A stretch of 64,000 bases of DNA from Candidatus Micrarchaeota archaeon (lineage in GTDB: Archaea > Micrarchaeota > Micrarchaeia > Anstonellales > Anstonellaceae): positions 4,421-68,420 of the forward strand of contig CAZOMB010000003.1 of NCBI GenBank assembly GCA_964581105.1, read 5' to 3'. A model generated the notes under the pieces. The model was not told the DNA's origin, did no database searches, and was given only the letters and a program-made list of their open reading frames with translations. The translations under genes were made by a program, and so were the position numbers. Positions 17,942 to 26,960 of this stretch are shown one piece after another. The stretch's first letter is position 1, and each line of letters opens with the position of its first letter.

Positions 17942-18238
17942 GAGGAGCGGCGGGTAGTAGCCTGCCTTCTGTTTTAGATGGCATTTGACTAACCAGAGGG
18001 CTGACGCCCTCTAGCTGTTCATCCTCGCGGATGAACAAGCGGCATTAAGCCTTGCACCGCGCACATTATCCTTGCACGGGCCGTTTCATCCCTTTTTCTG
18101 CAGCTCCTTGCGTCATAGCCATATACAGGCAAAGGGTTGTCGTTTCTGTTCCCGATATCCCCTTAAGGGATTAGGACTCTTGCGGTGGGCAGAACTTCCT
18201 CCCCAAGCAAAGGGGTAAGCCATCCTCCCGCCACTCCA
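17942..18238 (-). ncRNA. rnpB: RNase P RNA (divergent, archaeal)
   Basis: On the minus strand: P1 GGAGUGGCGGG pairs with the 3'-terminal CCCGCCGCUCC. P3 hairpin CCCCUUUGCUUGGGG. CR-I-like GGGGAGGAAGUUCUGCCCACC versus the canonical GGGGAGGAAAGUCCGGGCUCC. CR-V-like ACAGAAGGCAGGCUAC just before the P1 3' strand. P4 complementarity CUGCC/GGCAG. No ORF. GC-rich against an AT-rich background. Confidence 0.5.
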
Positions 18239-18276
18239 GCATAACAAGTGATTATTGTGCAATATAAGCTTTGCGC

Positions 18277-18474
18277 CTAATCTCCGCCGCCTTTTAGCTT
18301 GGTTAAAAGCACAAATACCATGATAGTTGCAATAACGCCTGCAGCATAGGGGACATACCATTCGTCAAGTGGGCCCCTTGTCTCTGCCCAGACATTTGCT
18401 ATTGCATAGCCAACAACCACTGCAACAACCAGCCTTCCAAGCCCAAACACTGCCTTCATTTTGTCAGATGCCAT
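18277..18474 (-). CDS. Small 2-TM membrane protein
   Basis: A 65-aa protein with two hydrophobic helices. Confidence 0.4.
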   Translation of the reverse strand: MASDKMKAVFGLGRLVVAVVVGYAIANVWAETRGPLDEWYVPYAAGVIATIMVFVLLTKLKGGGD

Positions 18475-18537
18475 GTTTTCCTATTTGCTGCTAAGTGTTA
18501 AAAGATTGATTGAATAAACCTGCAATTAGGTGGTATT

Positions 18538-19785
18538 TTGGCTAAGCTTGTTTTACTTTCATTTCTTGCATTTTCTTTGGTTCTATTTGGGTGCGCAGGA
18601 TTTCCTTTTGGAGAAGAACAAGCTGAGCAGCAGCAAGAGCAGGAGGAACAAGAGGAACAAATGCCAGAACAAGTTGAAGAGGAGCAAGAAATGCCAGAGC
18701 AAGAAGAACAGCCCCCACCAGTGCCACAAGTTCCTGAAGAAGAGCAAGCAGAGGAGCAAGAGCAGGCAGAGCCAAAAGAGCTTATCAATATTTATGGGCT
18801 GCTAAAAGTCGGCCAGGGAATTGATTTTCAGGAAGGCAAGGTATTTCTTGATGACATATGGAACTATGATGAGCTTCAGCCGGCAATAATCAGCTTAAAG
18901 GACCCAAATGAGGGGCTTGTACGCCAAGTGCAGCTTTTTGAGTTCAATGAGGCAAAATATGAGTCTGCTTCTGGAAGGGATTTTTGGATTTATGTTGGCC
19001 AGACTGCAGCTGGCTATGACATTGATGTAAAATGGGCAAAAATATATGCAATGGAATCAAAAGACTCAAGCTACAAATTTGAAAAAGAGCTTTACCAGGA
19101 CTTTATTGGCAACCATTCTGTTGGCTCTCTTCCCAGGGAACAGGTATTTGGCTCCCGGATTGCCAAAGGGCTTCTTGAAAAAGGCCAAATGCTTGCTGCA
19201 GGCCAGGAAATTTACATTGGTTTTGATGACCTGAGCAAATATCCTGAAGCAGAAAATCCGGCTCTTTTGAGCATATATGGCCCTACTATGCTTCACTTGG
19301 ACTCTGCAAAAGTCCCTGAAAGGCATTCTTATTCTTACTCTCTAAATGGCGAGTACTATGCCATATATGTGAGCGCAACAGGCACAGGCGAGCTTACTGA
19401 GAAAAGGTGGGCAGCAGTTGATGTATTTCATGCTGGCTCTGGTTATCTTGAGCCTGGAAGGCTTTATTTTGCTGAAAACAATACATGGGAAAAGCCTGCA
19501 GGAATGAAAGTTGCTGACATAACCATTATTGGCAATGCAAGCAAAAAAGACTCAACCAGGGAGTTTTACTTGAAGCTTGTTGATTATGGGGAGCTTAAAG
19601 GGGATGGAGAATTTGCAGTCATAGATGTATTGGATGAGGATGATTATCATACAGACAGGGGCATAGTGCAAAAGGACGTTCCTATGCTTGTTACAAACAA
19701 GTATGACAAAACCTATTCAGTATGGCTTGAGGAGATAACAACAGGCACGCCTACAGTAAAGCTTGAGCTGTACAGGTATAATTAG
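18538..19785 (+). CDS. Secreted/lipoprotein-like protein with an acidic E/Q-rich low-complexity linker
   Basis: Signal peptide MAKLVLLSFLAFSLVLFGC (lipobox-like LFGC), then about 60 aa of EQEEQ repeats from imperfect GAA/CAA DNA repeats, then a globular domain. Confidence 0.55.
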   Translation: MAKLVLLSFLAFSLVLFGCAGFPFGEEQAEQQQEQEEQEEQMPEQVEEEQEMPEQEEQPPPVPQVPEEEQAEEQEQAEPKELINIYGLLKVGQGIDFQEGKVFLDDIWNYDELQPAIISLKDPNEGLVRQVQLFEFNEAKYESASGRDFWIYVGQTAAGYDIDVKWAKIYAMESKDSSYKFEKELYQDFIGNHSVGSLPREQVFGSRIAKGLLEKGQMLAAGQEIYIGFDDLSKYPEAENPALLSIYGPTMLHLDSAKVPERHSYSYSLNGEYYAIYVSATGTGELTEKRWAAVDVFHAGSGYLEPGRLYFAENNTWEKPAGMKVADITIIGNASKKDSTREFYLKLVDYGELKGDGEFAVIDVLDEDDYHTDRGIVQKDVPMLVTNKYDKTYSVWLEEITTGTPTVKLELYRYN

Positions 19786-19817
19786 GTGGACTTGGGGGGA
19801 TTTTCAAAACCCTTTTC

Positions 19818-20035
19818 TCTTTTTCCGTGACACGCATTCCGCAAAGCGGAATGGTGCGTCTTTCTGCAAAGCAGAAAGCACGACTCTTTTGTCCGCAGAC
19901 AAAAGGGTTCTTTTTGGTGGAGCTTTTTGCGCCACAGCGGAAAAAGGTCCTTTGAACCCCCAGCCTCCTGCAGTATGGAACCCTCTTTAGTTTTTCCGTG
20001 AACGCTTTTGCGCCGAAGGCGGAAAAGGGTTCTGC
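19818..20035. repeat. Array of five hairpin/T-tract elements between convergent genes, likely bidirectional terminators
   Basis: CCGTGACACGCATTCCGCAAAGCGGAATGGTGCGTC; CTTTCTGCAAAGCAGAAAG; CTTTTGTCCGCAGACAAAAG; CTTTTTGCGCCACAGCGGAAAAAG; TTTTTCCGTGAACGCTTTTGCGCCGAAGGCGGAAAAGGG. Each is a perfect or near-perfect hairpin flanked by T-runs on one strand and A-runs on the other. Confidence 0.6.
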
Positions 20036-20077
20036 CATGCAGGCGCGCTACCGTTGCGCCACAAGCCCAAATTTACC

Positions 20078-20302
20078 TTAAGATGGCGAGATATAGACAA
20101 CAGAGTCTCCGCGCACAAGCACAGTTCCAATGCCTCTTTTTACCTCTCCATTCACAAGCTCTTCTGCCTTTTCAAGCACAATGTTCATGTGAACGTCGTA
20201 GGAGACCATTACTCCCCTTAAGTCTCTTCCTCCTTTGAGGCCAACAATCACTGTGTTGTTCAGTGCAGAGTTCAATATGTCAAACGGTCTTTTCTCAGCC
20301 AT
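20078..20302 (-). CDS. Sm-like archaeal protein (LSm)
   Basis: [74 protein letters not shown] carries Sm1/Sm2 motifs. GGAGGTGA lies 5 nt upstream of the ATG. The longer ORF in the track is an N-terminal over-extension. Confidence 0.85.
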   Translation of the reverse strand: MAEKRPFDILNSALNNTVIVGLKGGRDLRGVMVSYDVHMNIVLEKAEELVNGEVKRGIGTVLVRGDSVVYISPS

Positions 20303-20387
20303 GCCCTCACCTCCTAAAAAATACAAGGGTGCAGTTTTACAGGGGACAAATGTTTTAAAGCACTCGCCCTCAAGGCATTTTATAAAC

Positions 20388-22031
20388 ATGTTCTGCCTTT
20401 TTTTGCAGGGTGTGGGCTTGGAAAGATTTACAGAAAAGGAAAAGCAAATACTTTTGCAGTTTTGCACTAATGTGGATAATGACTGCTTTGCCCTGATAAA
20501 CCTGCCAGAAGTGGTCAAAGGGGCTCTTTTTTCCCGCTACTCAAGGACACACAAGTCATTGAGAAGGGTTCTTTTGGATGAGTTTATCCTTAACCCTGAG
20601 TCTGGGTTTAATGAAATAGTCGGGCAAGGGACAAAAAAAGGGGAAGGCCAGGCAATTGCAACCAAAAAGGCAGAAGACTTTTACAACAGGGTGCTTGTAG
20701 GCTTTGGGGATGACTCTGTTGCAGAATTAGGGGGAGCTCACATTGCATGCGAAAATATCTCAAACATAGCAACAAAGCTCATGCAAGACTCCAGGATTGG
20801 GGTGTCACCTCTTGAGAAATCAACCCGATATGTTTATTTTGACAAAAAAGAGGGTAACAAGTACAAGTATTGCAGGGAAAAGAAAATAATGGAGTCAAAC
20901 TTTGCAGATGAATATGTACATTGCTGTGACCTTTTGTTTGATACTTACTCTGGCCTCATTGAGAAAATGGCAAAAATTGAAAAGGAAAAGTTTCCGCAAC
21001 AACAAGGAGTATCAGACAGGGCATATTCCTCAACAATAAGGGCAAAAGTCTGCGACATTTTAAGGGGCATTTTGCCAGCATCAACCCTTACAAACTCTGG
21101 CTTTTTTGGCAATGGAAGGGCATTTGAGTACATGCTTGTGAAAATGTATTCAAGCCCTCTTTCTGAAGCCAATTCTGTTGCAAAATCAATGCACAATGAG
21201 CTTTCCAGGGTAATTCCCTCATTCGTAAAAAGGGCAGATGACATGTATGGAAAGCAGACACAGGAGTATTTGAAAGAGGTAGCTGGGAAAACAGCAAAAC
21301 TCTCATCAGCTTATGCAAAGCCTGTTCAAATTTCAGAAGCAAATGTCCAGCTTGTCAGCTATGACAAACATGCACAGGACAAGATTGTTTCTGCAATACT
21401 TTTTTCTTGCATGCACTCAGACATGAATGAAATAAAAGCAATTGTTGAAAAAATGCCTCACAAGGAAAAAGAGAAAGTAATATCTGCATATATTGGAGAC
21501 AGGAAAAACAGGAGGCACAAGCCAGGCAGGGCATTTGAGGCAGCAAATTATACTTTTTGCATAACTGGCAACTTTGGCATGTACCGCGACTTGCACAGGC
21601 ACAGGATTCTCACTCAGCAAAGGCAGCTTTTGACAACAAAGCACGGGTTTGACATGCCAAAAGAGCTGATTGCCTCAGGCTTTGATGCGCAGGTAAAACA
21701 AGCAATAGGCGCAGCTGATGAACTTTACACAAAAATGAGCGAAAAAATGCCCCAAGAGGCGCAATATATTGTCCCTCTTGGCTTTCGCATGCGCTGGTAT
21801 GCTGGCATGAACCTGAGAGAAGCATACCATTTGTGCGAGCTTCGGTCAATGAGGCAGGGTCACACTGATTACAGGAAAGTTGCACAAGACATGCACAAGC
21901 TGATAAAAAAAGTGCATCCGTTTCTTGCTTCTGGAATGAAATTTGTTGATTACTCTGACTATGGGCTTGAAAGGCTTGAGGCAGAAAAAGAAACAGACAA
22001 AAGGCTGCAGGAGCTAAAGAAAAAAAGCTAA
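20388..22031 (+). CDS. thyX: Tandem-duplicated flavin-dependent thymidylate synthase (ThyX-like), two fused ThyX folds
   Basis: The second half has [17 protein letters not shown] (ThyX FxITG..RHR) and [25 protein letters not shown] (ThyX R..W..R motif). The first half has the same fold with [27 protein letters not shown] and KSTRYV (SQRY-like) but QDSR in place of RHR. Start uncertain: TTTTATAAAC at 20375 is too close to the ATG at 20388, so a GTG near 20412 is also possible. Confidence 0.55.
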   Translation: MFCLFLQGVGLERFTEKEKQILLQFCTNVDNDCFALINLPEVVKGALFSRYSRTHKSLRRVLLDEFILNPESGFNEIVGQGTKKGEGQAIATKKAEDFYNRVLVGFGDDSVAELGGAHIACENISNIATKLMQDSRIGVSPLEKSTRYVYFDKKEGNKYKYCREKKIMESNFADEYVHCCDLLFDTYSGLIEKMAKIEKEKFPQQQGVSDRAYSSTIRAKVCDILRGILPASTLTNSGFFGNGRAFEYMLVKMYSSPLSEANSVAKSMHNELSRVIPSFVKRADDMYGKQTQEYLKEVAGKTAKLSSAYAKPVQISEANVQLVSYDKHAQDKIVSAILFSCMHSDMNEIKAIVEKMPHKEKEKVISAYIGDRKNRRHKPGRAFEAANYTFCITGNFGMYRDLHRHRILTQQRQLLTTKHGFDMPKELIASGFDAQVKQAIGAADELYTKMSEKMPQEAQYIVPLGFRMRWYAGMNLREAYHLCELRSMRQGHTDYRKVAQDMHKLIKKVHPFLASGMKFVDYSDYGLERLEAEKETDKRLQELKKKS

Positions 22032-22735
22032 AGTGCCCCTCCTAATCCCAAAGCACTGCCAGCTATTTTTCCTATCAAATAGCCTGCTATTGCTGCAAGC
22101 ATTCCTACGCCTGCCATCTCAAGCCCGCTTTTCTTCCAGTCGCCGACAGTTACTTTTGCCTTGTATGCTCCAACTGCAAACAGGGTAATGGTGGAAATCA
22201 CAAGAGATGCTGCAATTGCCTCTACTACTCCAAAAAAGGCAAACGGGGCAAGCGGTATTAATGAACCAACTATTGCAGACACGCCAACTATTGCAGCAGC
22301 CTTTATTGGCTGGTTTTCTGGCACAGGCGCAAGCCCTAGTTCCTCTGTCATCATTACAGAGAGCCAGACCTCCTTGCTTGCAGTGACATTTCTCACAATC
22401 TTGTCAAGTTCTTTTCCAGAAAACCCCCTTCTCAGGTAAATAAGCCTTATCTCTTCCCTTTCTATTTCCGGCACATTTTCTATTTCCCATTTTTCCTGCT
22501 CAAGCTCCCTCTTGTAATGGTCCTGTGCTGCACGTGAAGAGCTGTATGCCACTGCAGCCATGGAAATTGACTCTGCAAAAGTGGCTACAATGCCAGCAAC
22601 AATGACCATGAGAACATTGTTTGTTGCAACTGCCACTCCAAGCACAATGCCAAGAACATTCACAAGCCCGTCCTGGCCTCCCAAAATTATTTCAGAAAGA
22701 AGAGAGCCCCTGGCATTCTTCCTCTCAGTTTCCAT
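22028..22735 (-). CDS. VIT1/CCC1-family membrane protein, a putative Fe/Mn transporter
   Basis: LSEIILGGQDGLVNVLGIVLGVAVAT plus a C-terminal TM bundle. Confidence 0.75.
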   Translation of the reverse strand: METERKNARGSLLSEIILGGQDGLVNVLGIVLGVAVATNNVLMVIVAGIVATFAESISMAAVAYSSSRAAQDHYKRELEQEKWEIENVPEIEREEIRLIYLRRGFSGKELDKIVRNVTASKEVWLSVMMTEELGLAPVPENQPIKAAAIVGVSAIVGSLIPLAPFAFFGVVEAIAASLVISTITLFAVGAYKAKVTVGDWKKSGLEMAGVGMLAAIAGYLIGKIAGSALGLGGAL

Positions 22736-22803
22736 ATGCTTTTGTACCTTGAGAATGAATCGTGCCTGCTGTCTTTTGCTCCTCTTTTTTACCAGTGCAA
22801 CAC

Positions 22804-23991
22804 CTATTTTTTCTCAACTTTGAGCTTTTTGCCCACTTTTTCAAATATTGCCAAAGCATCATCCAAGTCCTTTTTCTCATGCGCAGCAGTTACCATTGTC
22901 CTTATCCTTGCCTTTCCTTGTGCAACCATGGGGTATACTATTGGCAAGGCAAATACTCCTTCTGCAAACAATTCTTTTGCAAATTCCTGTGCTAATTTGC
23001 TTTCGCCAAGCATCACAGGCGTAATGGGGGTTTCAGATTCCCCAGTGTCAAAGCCAAGCGCCTTTAGCTGTGACTTGAAGTACTTGGTATTTTCCCAAAG
23101 CTTTTTCACCAAAGAGCCGTCTGACTCAAGAAGCTGTATTGCAGCAGTGCATGCAGCAACAGTTGCAGGCGGAGCAGAGCCTGAGAGCAGGTAAGTCCTT
23201 CCCTTGTTCAGCAAAAAGTCATACAAGGCTTGCGAGCCTGCTACATAGCCTCCAACAACCCCAAACCCTTTGGAAAAAGTCCCCATTTCCATTTCTATTT
23301 TGCCTTCAAGCTTGAAGTGGCTCACAATGCCCCTTCCATTTTCTCCAAGCACTCCGTCTCCATGAGCATCATCAACATATACATATGCCCCATTTTCATG
23401 GGCAATTTTCTCTATCTTGTCTAATGGGGCAATATCCCCGTCCATTGAAAATACCCCATCAGTAATCACATACGTTTTGCTGTAATTTTTTTCTTTTGCC
23501 TCTTTTAGCACACGCTCCAAGTCATTCATGTCCTTGTGCTTGTAAATTGCCCTTTCAGCTTTTGAAAGCCGAACGCCGTCAATAATGCTGCCATGGTTAA
23601 GCTCATCAGATATCAGCAAATCCCCTTTTCCTGCCAATTGGGGGATTGCTCCTGCATTTGCTGCAAAGCCTGTCTGAAAGTACAAGGCAGCCTGAGTATG
23701 CTTAAAGCGGGCAATTGCCTTTTCCAGCTTAATATGCAAGTCCTGAGTGCCTGCAATTACCCTTACAGAGCCAGAGCCTGCCCCATAAGTTTTCACTGCC
23801 TCAAGGGCAGCCTCTTTTAGCTTTGCATTGTCTGACAACCCCAAATAATTGTTTGAGCAGAGCATTATGACCTCTTTTCCATCGACTTTTGCCCTTGGGA
23901 TTGACGGGCCCTGCAAAATCCTTACTTTCCAGTCCAAATTCTTTTCCTTCAAAACATTCATTTCTGTTGTAAGGTACTTGTCAAGCTCCAT
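22804..23991 (-). CDS. PLP-dependent alpha-oxoamine synthase (2-amino-3-ketobutyrate CoA ligase or 8-amino-7-oxononanoate synthase family)
   Basis: SNNYLGL, DDAHGDGVLGENGRG and GTFSKGFG (PLP-binding Lys). Confidence 0.85.
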   Translation of the reverse strand: MELDKYLTTEMNVLKEKNLDWKVRILQGPSIPRAKVDGKEVIMLCSNNYLGLSDNAKLKEAALEAVKTYGAGSGSVRVIAGTQDLHIKLEKAIARFKHTQAALYFQTGFAANAGAIPQLAGKGDLLISDELNHGSIIDGVRLSKAERAIYKHKDMNDLERVLKEAKEKNYSKTYVITDGVFSMDGDIAPLDKIEKIAHENGAYVYVDDAHGDGVLGENGRGIVSHFKLEGKIEMEMGTFSKGFGVVGGYVAGSQALYDFLLNKGRTYLLSGSAPPATVAACTAAIQLLESDGSLVKKLWENTKYFKSQLKALGFDTGESETPITPVMLGESKLAQEFAKELFAEGVFALPIVYPMVAQGKARIRTMVTAAHEKKDLDDALAIFEKVGKKLKVEKK

Positions 23992-24091
23992 TTTATCCCC
24001 CCTTAAGAAAAGTTTTCAGAGCATTCTTAAAACACTTGCTAACACCGGCACCAAGGTCTGTAAACATATATAAACAGTCTTATCTGTAAAT

Positions 24092-24874
24092 TTGCCCATG
24101 CTGCATTTCATAAGGTTTTACTCAGGCGAAGGAAAGCCAACCATCCTCTTCAGGGAAAATGGGGAAGTTGAGGCACTTGAGCTTAGGAAAAAAGAGAAGA
24201 TTGACTTTTCAGGAAGCTTGGCATGCATAGGCTTTAGGACCCCAAAAGGCTACAAAGAGTGCAAAAACCATGCAATAAACGTAAAGCAATGCCCTTTGTG
24301 CTCATACTTGGACATGGCAAAAGCATATACTGTTGGCGACTTTACAGGTTTTCCATCGCTTTATGAGAAGGCAAAAAAGGAAAAATACATTCTTTACCTG
24401 GCAGGGTTTGGCGAGAAGCTCATAAAATGCGGAGTCACAAGAAAGGAGCGCTTTTCAGAGAGGATGAGGGAGCAAGGCTCAGACTTTGGCTGCATAGTGG
24501 CAGAGTTTTCAGGGCCAGACAAGGTTTATGGGGCAGAAGCCTCGTTGCAGTCCCGCTTTTCTTTTGCAAATGCTGTTAGAATGGCGCAAAAGATGAGGAT
24601 GCTCTCCTTTGACAAGCAGGAAGCGAAAATGAATTTTGAAAGCATAGTTGAAATGGTCAAAACCTCTGAAGTATTGCCTTCATTTTCACCAAAAGTGATT
24701 GACTTTTCCGAGTTTTACCCGAAAATAAACTCCCCGAAATATTCTGACTCAGTAATTGGCAAAATATTGGGCGCAAAAGGGGAAATACTGCTCTTTTCAT
24801 CAGGCTCTGGAGAGCAATATGCAGTTAACATGCGCCAGAAGATAGGCACCTTTTTCAAGAGGGAAACAGAATAA
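24092..24874 (+). CDS. Hypothetical protein
   Basis: A 260-aa ORF. ACATATATAAACAG (TATA) lies about 29 nt upstream, so the transcript is leaderless. There are weak GIY-YIG-like spacing cues around YILYLAGFGEKLIKCGVTRKERFSERM. Confidence 0.45.
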   Translation: MPMLHFIRFYSGEGKPTILFRENGEVEALELRKKEKIDFSGSLACIGFRTPKGYKECKNHAINVKQCPLCSYLDMAKAYTVGDFTGFPSLYEKAKKEKYILYLAGFGEKLIKCGVTRKERFSERMREQGSDFGCIVAEFSGPDKVYGAEASLQSRFSFANAVRMAQKMRMLSFDKQEAKMNFESIVEMVKTSEVLPSFSPKVIDFSEFYPKINSPKYSDSVIGKILGAKGEILLFSSGSGEQYAVNMRQKIGTFFKRETE

Positions 24875-24927
24875 GTTTGGAGGCTTCACTAAACCCATAT
24901 AAAGGTTGATTTTCACTAAGACTTCTC

Positions 24928-25053
24928 TGGGCCTGTAGTCGAATGACCCTTTTTGGAATGCCTAAAAGCGTCAACGGAAAAAAAGGGTTCGGCAATGGTT
25001 AAGACGTCTGCTTGACATGCAGAAGATTTGGAGTTCGATTCTCCACGGGCCCA
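24928..25053 (+). tRNA. tRNA-Val (anticodon GAC) with a ~53-nt intron in the D-loop, a non-canonical position
   Basis: Acceptor GGGCCTG/CGGGCCC, T-arm TGGAG-TTCGATT-CTCCA, anticodon arm TCTGC-TTGACAT-GCAGA. The D-arm is interrupted: GTCGAATG[ACCC...GGCAATG]GTTAAGAC, with junction ambiguity from a duplicated AATG. CCA is not encoded. A T5 tract follows. Confidence 0.6.
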
Positions 25054-25054
25054 C

Positions 25055-25663
25055 TCACTTTTTCAGGTTCACAATCTTACGGGGGTCGTCTCCCATCACA
25101 AGCTCCATGTTCTTTTCCTTTATCGCGTCCTTGCATACCTTCATTGCAAATGGAAAGTCCCTGAAAAATTGTACAATTGCATAGTAAAATGCAGAGTTTT
25201 TCTTGAGAGGCTTTCCATCTTTTGCATTGAAAAGTCTTTCATCTATTCCTTCCTCGCTGCAGCAGAGATGCCTCATCTCCTGAAGCGAGTTTTTATAGCC
25301 AGGAAAGTCCTTGTTCAGTTCTCCATTTTCCTGAGCCTGCTTTACGACTCTTTTTATCTCTTTTACGAAAGCCTCAAGGTTGTTCCTCACTATTGTCTCA
25401 GATGATTGGTTTGGGCCCGTGTAATTTCTTACATAGGTTTTTCCGCCAACATCAACAATTGTTGGGGCCCTCTTCTTTTTTGTTGCCTTTACTCGGAACT
25501 CCTTGTCAACACTTATCTTGAATGGTCTCTTTTTTCTTGTGCTTAATGACTCGTCCTTGTTCAGAGTGTCAGTGAGCTCCTTTTCTTTTGGTATGAGCTT
25601 TCCATTCAATCCACTATTGTCAGAAATCTTTCTTTTTTGCAGAGAGTTTCCCATAAAAACCAC
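25055..25663 (-). CDS. Hypothetical protein
   Basis: A 202-aa ORF with a basic N-terminal half. Confidence 0.4.
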   Translation of the reverse strand: MVFMGNSLQKRKISDNSGLNGKLIPKEKELTDTLNKDESLSTRKKRPFKISVDKEFRVKATKKKRAPTIVDVGGKTYVRNYTGPNQSSETIVRNNLEAFVKEIKRVVKQAQENGELNKDFPGYKNSLQEMRHLCCSEEGIDERLFNAKDGKPLKKNSAFYYAIVQFFRDFPFAMKVCKDAIKEKNMELVMGDDPRKIVNLKK

Positions 25664-25700
25664 TGAAAAATAAAAAAAGCAGGCAAAAAAGCCCGCTCAA

Positions 25701-26960
25701 TTACTCTTTTGTGTGTATGAGCACGCTTGCAGGCTTTCTAAATACATTGCCAAGCTTTATGCCAACAAGAACCCCTATTTTCTTTTTGTCAGAAAGGTCT
25801 GCCAGCCTTTGGGTAACAATGCCATCAAATACAATTGCATGCACCCCTTGCTCGTCATCAAGGCTCTTTATCATGTCCCTGACAGGCATTTCCTTTGTGG
25901 CCTCAAGCTTTTCATTGTAAAAGCGCGCCCTAAGCGTATTTTCAAGCTCATCAAGGCTGGCAAGAAGCTCTTTTGGAGCTTGCTTTGGCTTTGCCGGAGC
26001 AGCTGGCACAGGCTCTTTTTCCACAGCCTTTTTCACAGGCACAGGCTTTGGCTCTTCTCTTCTTCTTTCACGCCTGTCCCTTCTTTCATACCTCCTGCCC
26101 CTGTAATCTCTTCTTTTCTCCTCGCCATTTTGCTTTGACTGCTCAAAAGGCACTTTTGCCCTCATGCACTTTATGAGCTCTTTTCTTGAAAGCTCCTCAA
26201 CTTCCCTGCCATTCGGAGCGCGGGCAACAAAGTCAATGTCAGCAACCCTTGCAAGCTCATTGAGGATTATGTCTCCTCCCCTGTCGCCGTCAAGGAATAC
26301 TGTTATCTCCTTTTCCCTGGCAAGCTTTGCAATTGTATTGCCAACTTTTGCTCCGCCTACTGCAACCACATTTGTCACATCATTCTTGAGCAGGTTCAAA
26401 ACATCTGCCCTTCCCTCAACTATGACAATTGAGTCTACTTTTGCTATTCCTGGGCCGCATGGAAGCTTTTCAGTCCCATAGTGGTCAATTTCAGCAATTT
26501 TCACTTCCTGCCTTACCATTTCAGAGATTTCCTTGCTCTCAGGTATTTCATTGGTAAGCAGGCTTTTGAGCAGGTTCTTTGCCCTGTCAACAAGCGACTT
26601 TCTCTTTACATTCCTGGTATCCTCTATCTTTTCAATCGCTATTTTTGCCTCGCATGGGCCAACCCTGTCAACAGTCTCAAGCGCTGCTGCCAAAATGCAG
26701 GTTTCTACCATATCCAAAGAAGAAGGCAGCTTTATCTTTCCAGAGCTCCTGCCTCCTCTTGGCTGCAAATCAACCTCTATCCTTCCAATCCTGCCGTTTT
26801 TCTGCAGGTCGCGAAGGTCAAGCTCATCCCCAAGCAGGCCTTCTGTCTGCCCAAATACTGCGCCTACAACATCTGGCTTTTCAACAAGCCCCTCAATGTC
26901 AACATTTGCGTACACAAGGTATTTCACTGTGTCAATGTATGTCTTTCCCATTTTCTTCAC
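25701..26960 (-). CDS. dnaG: Archaeal DnaG-type primase (TOPRIM domain)
   Basis: IVEGRADVLNLL ... VFLDGDRGGDIILNEL (the TOPRIM E and DxD), with a basic RR-rich C-terminus. Confidence 0.85.
   Translation of the reverse strand: MKKMGKTYIDTVKYLVYANVDIEGLVEKPDVVGAVFGQTEGLLGDELDLRDLQKNGRIGRIEVDLQPRGGRSSGKIKLPSSLDMVETCILAAALETVDRVGPCEAKIAIEKIEDTRNVKRKSLVDRAKNLLKSLLTNEIPESKEISEMVRQEVKIAEIDHYGTEKLPCGPGIAKVDSIVIVEGRADVLNLLKNDVTNVVAVGGAKVGNTIAKLAREKEITVFLDGDRGGDIILNELARVADIDFVARAPNGREVEELSRKELIKCMRAKVPFEQSKQNGEEKRRDYRGRRYERRDRRERRREEPKPVPVKKAVEKEPVPAAPAKPKQAPKELLASLDELENTLRARFYNEKLEATKEMPVRDMIKSLDDEQGVHAIVFDGIVTQRLADLSDKKKIGVLVGIKLGNVFRKPASVLIHTKE

Noticed and set aside
17942-18238. SRP (7S) RNA at this locus
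   Set aside because: The segment shows the RNase P-specific layout (P3 hairpin, then GGGGAGGAAGU, and ACAGAA..GGCAGG just before the terminal helix 3' strand with P4 complementarity). No SRP helix-8 signature (GNRA loop plus AGCA loop) was found.
18498-18788. Cys/Ser-rich ORF 18498..18788 (-) and Ala/Leu-rich ORF 18542..18775 (-)
   Set aside because: Antisense translations of the GAA/CAA low-complexity repeat inside the lipoprotein gene.
19751-20038. ORFs 19751..20038 (-) and 19763..19990 (+)
   Set aside because: They lie entirely within the five-hairpin terminator array between convergent genes. See above.
20235-20387. N-terminal 50 aa of ORF 20235..22031
   Set aside because: It overlaps the well-supported LSm gene on the opposite strand and its promoter, and shows no ThyX similarity. 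The ThyX-like gene most likely starts at or after 20388.
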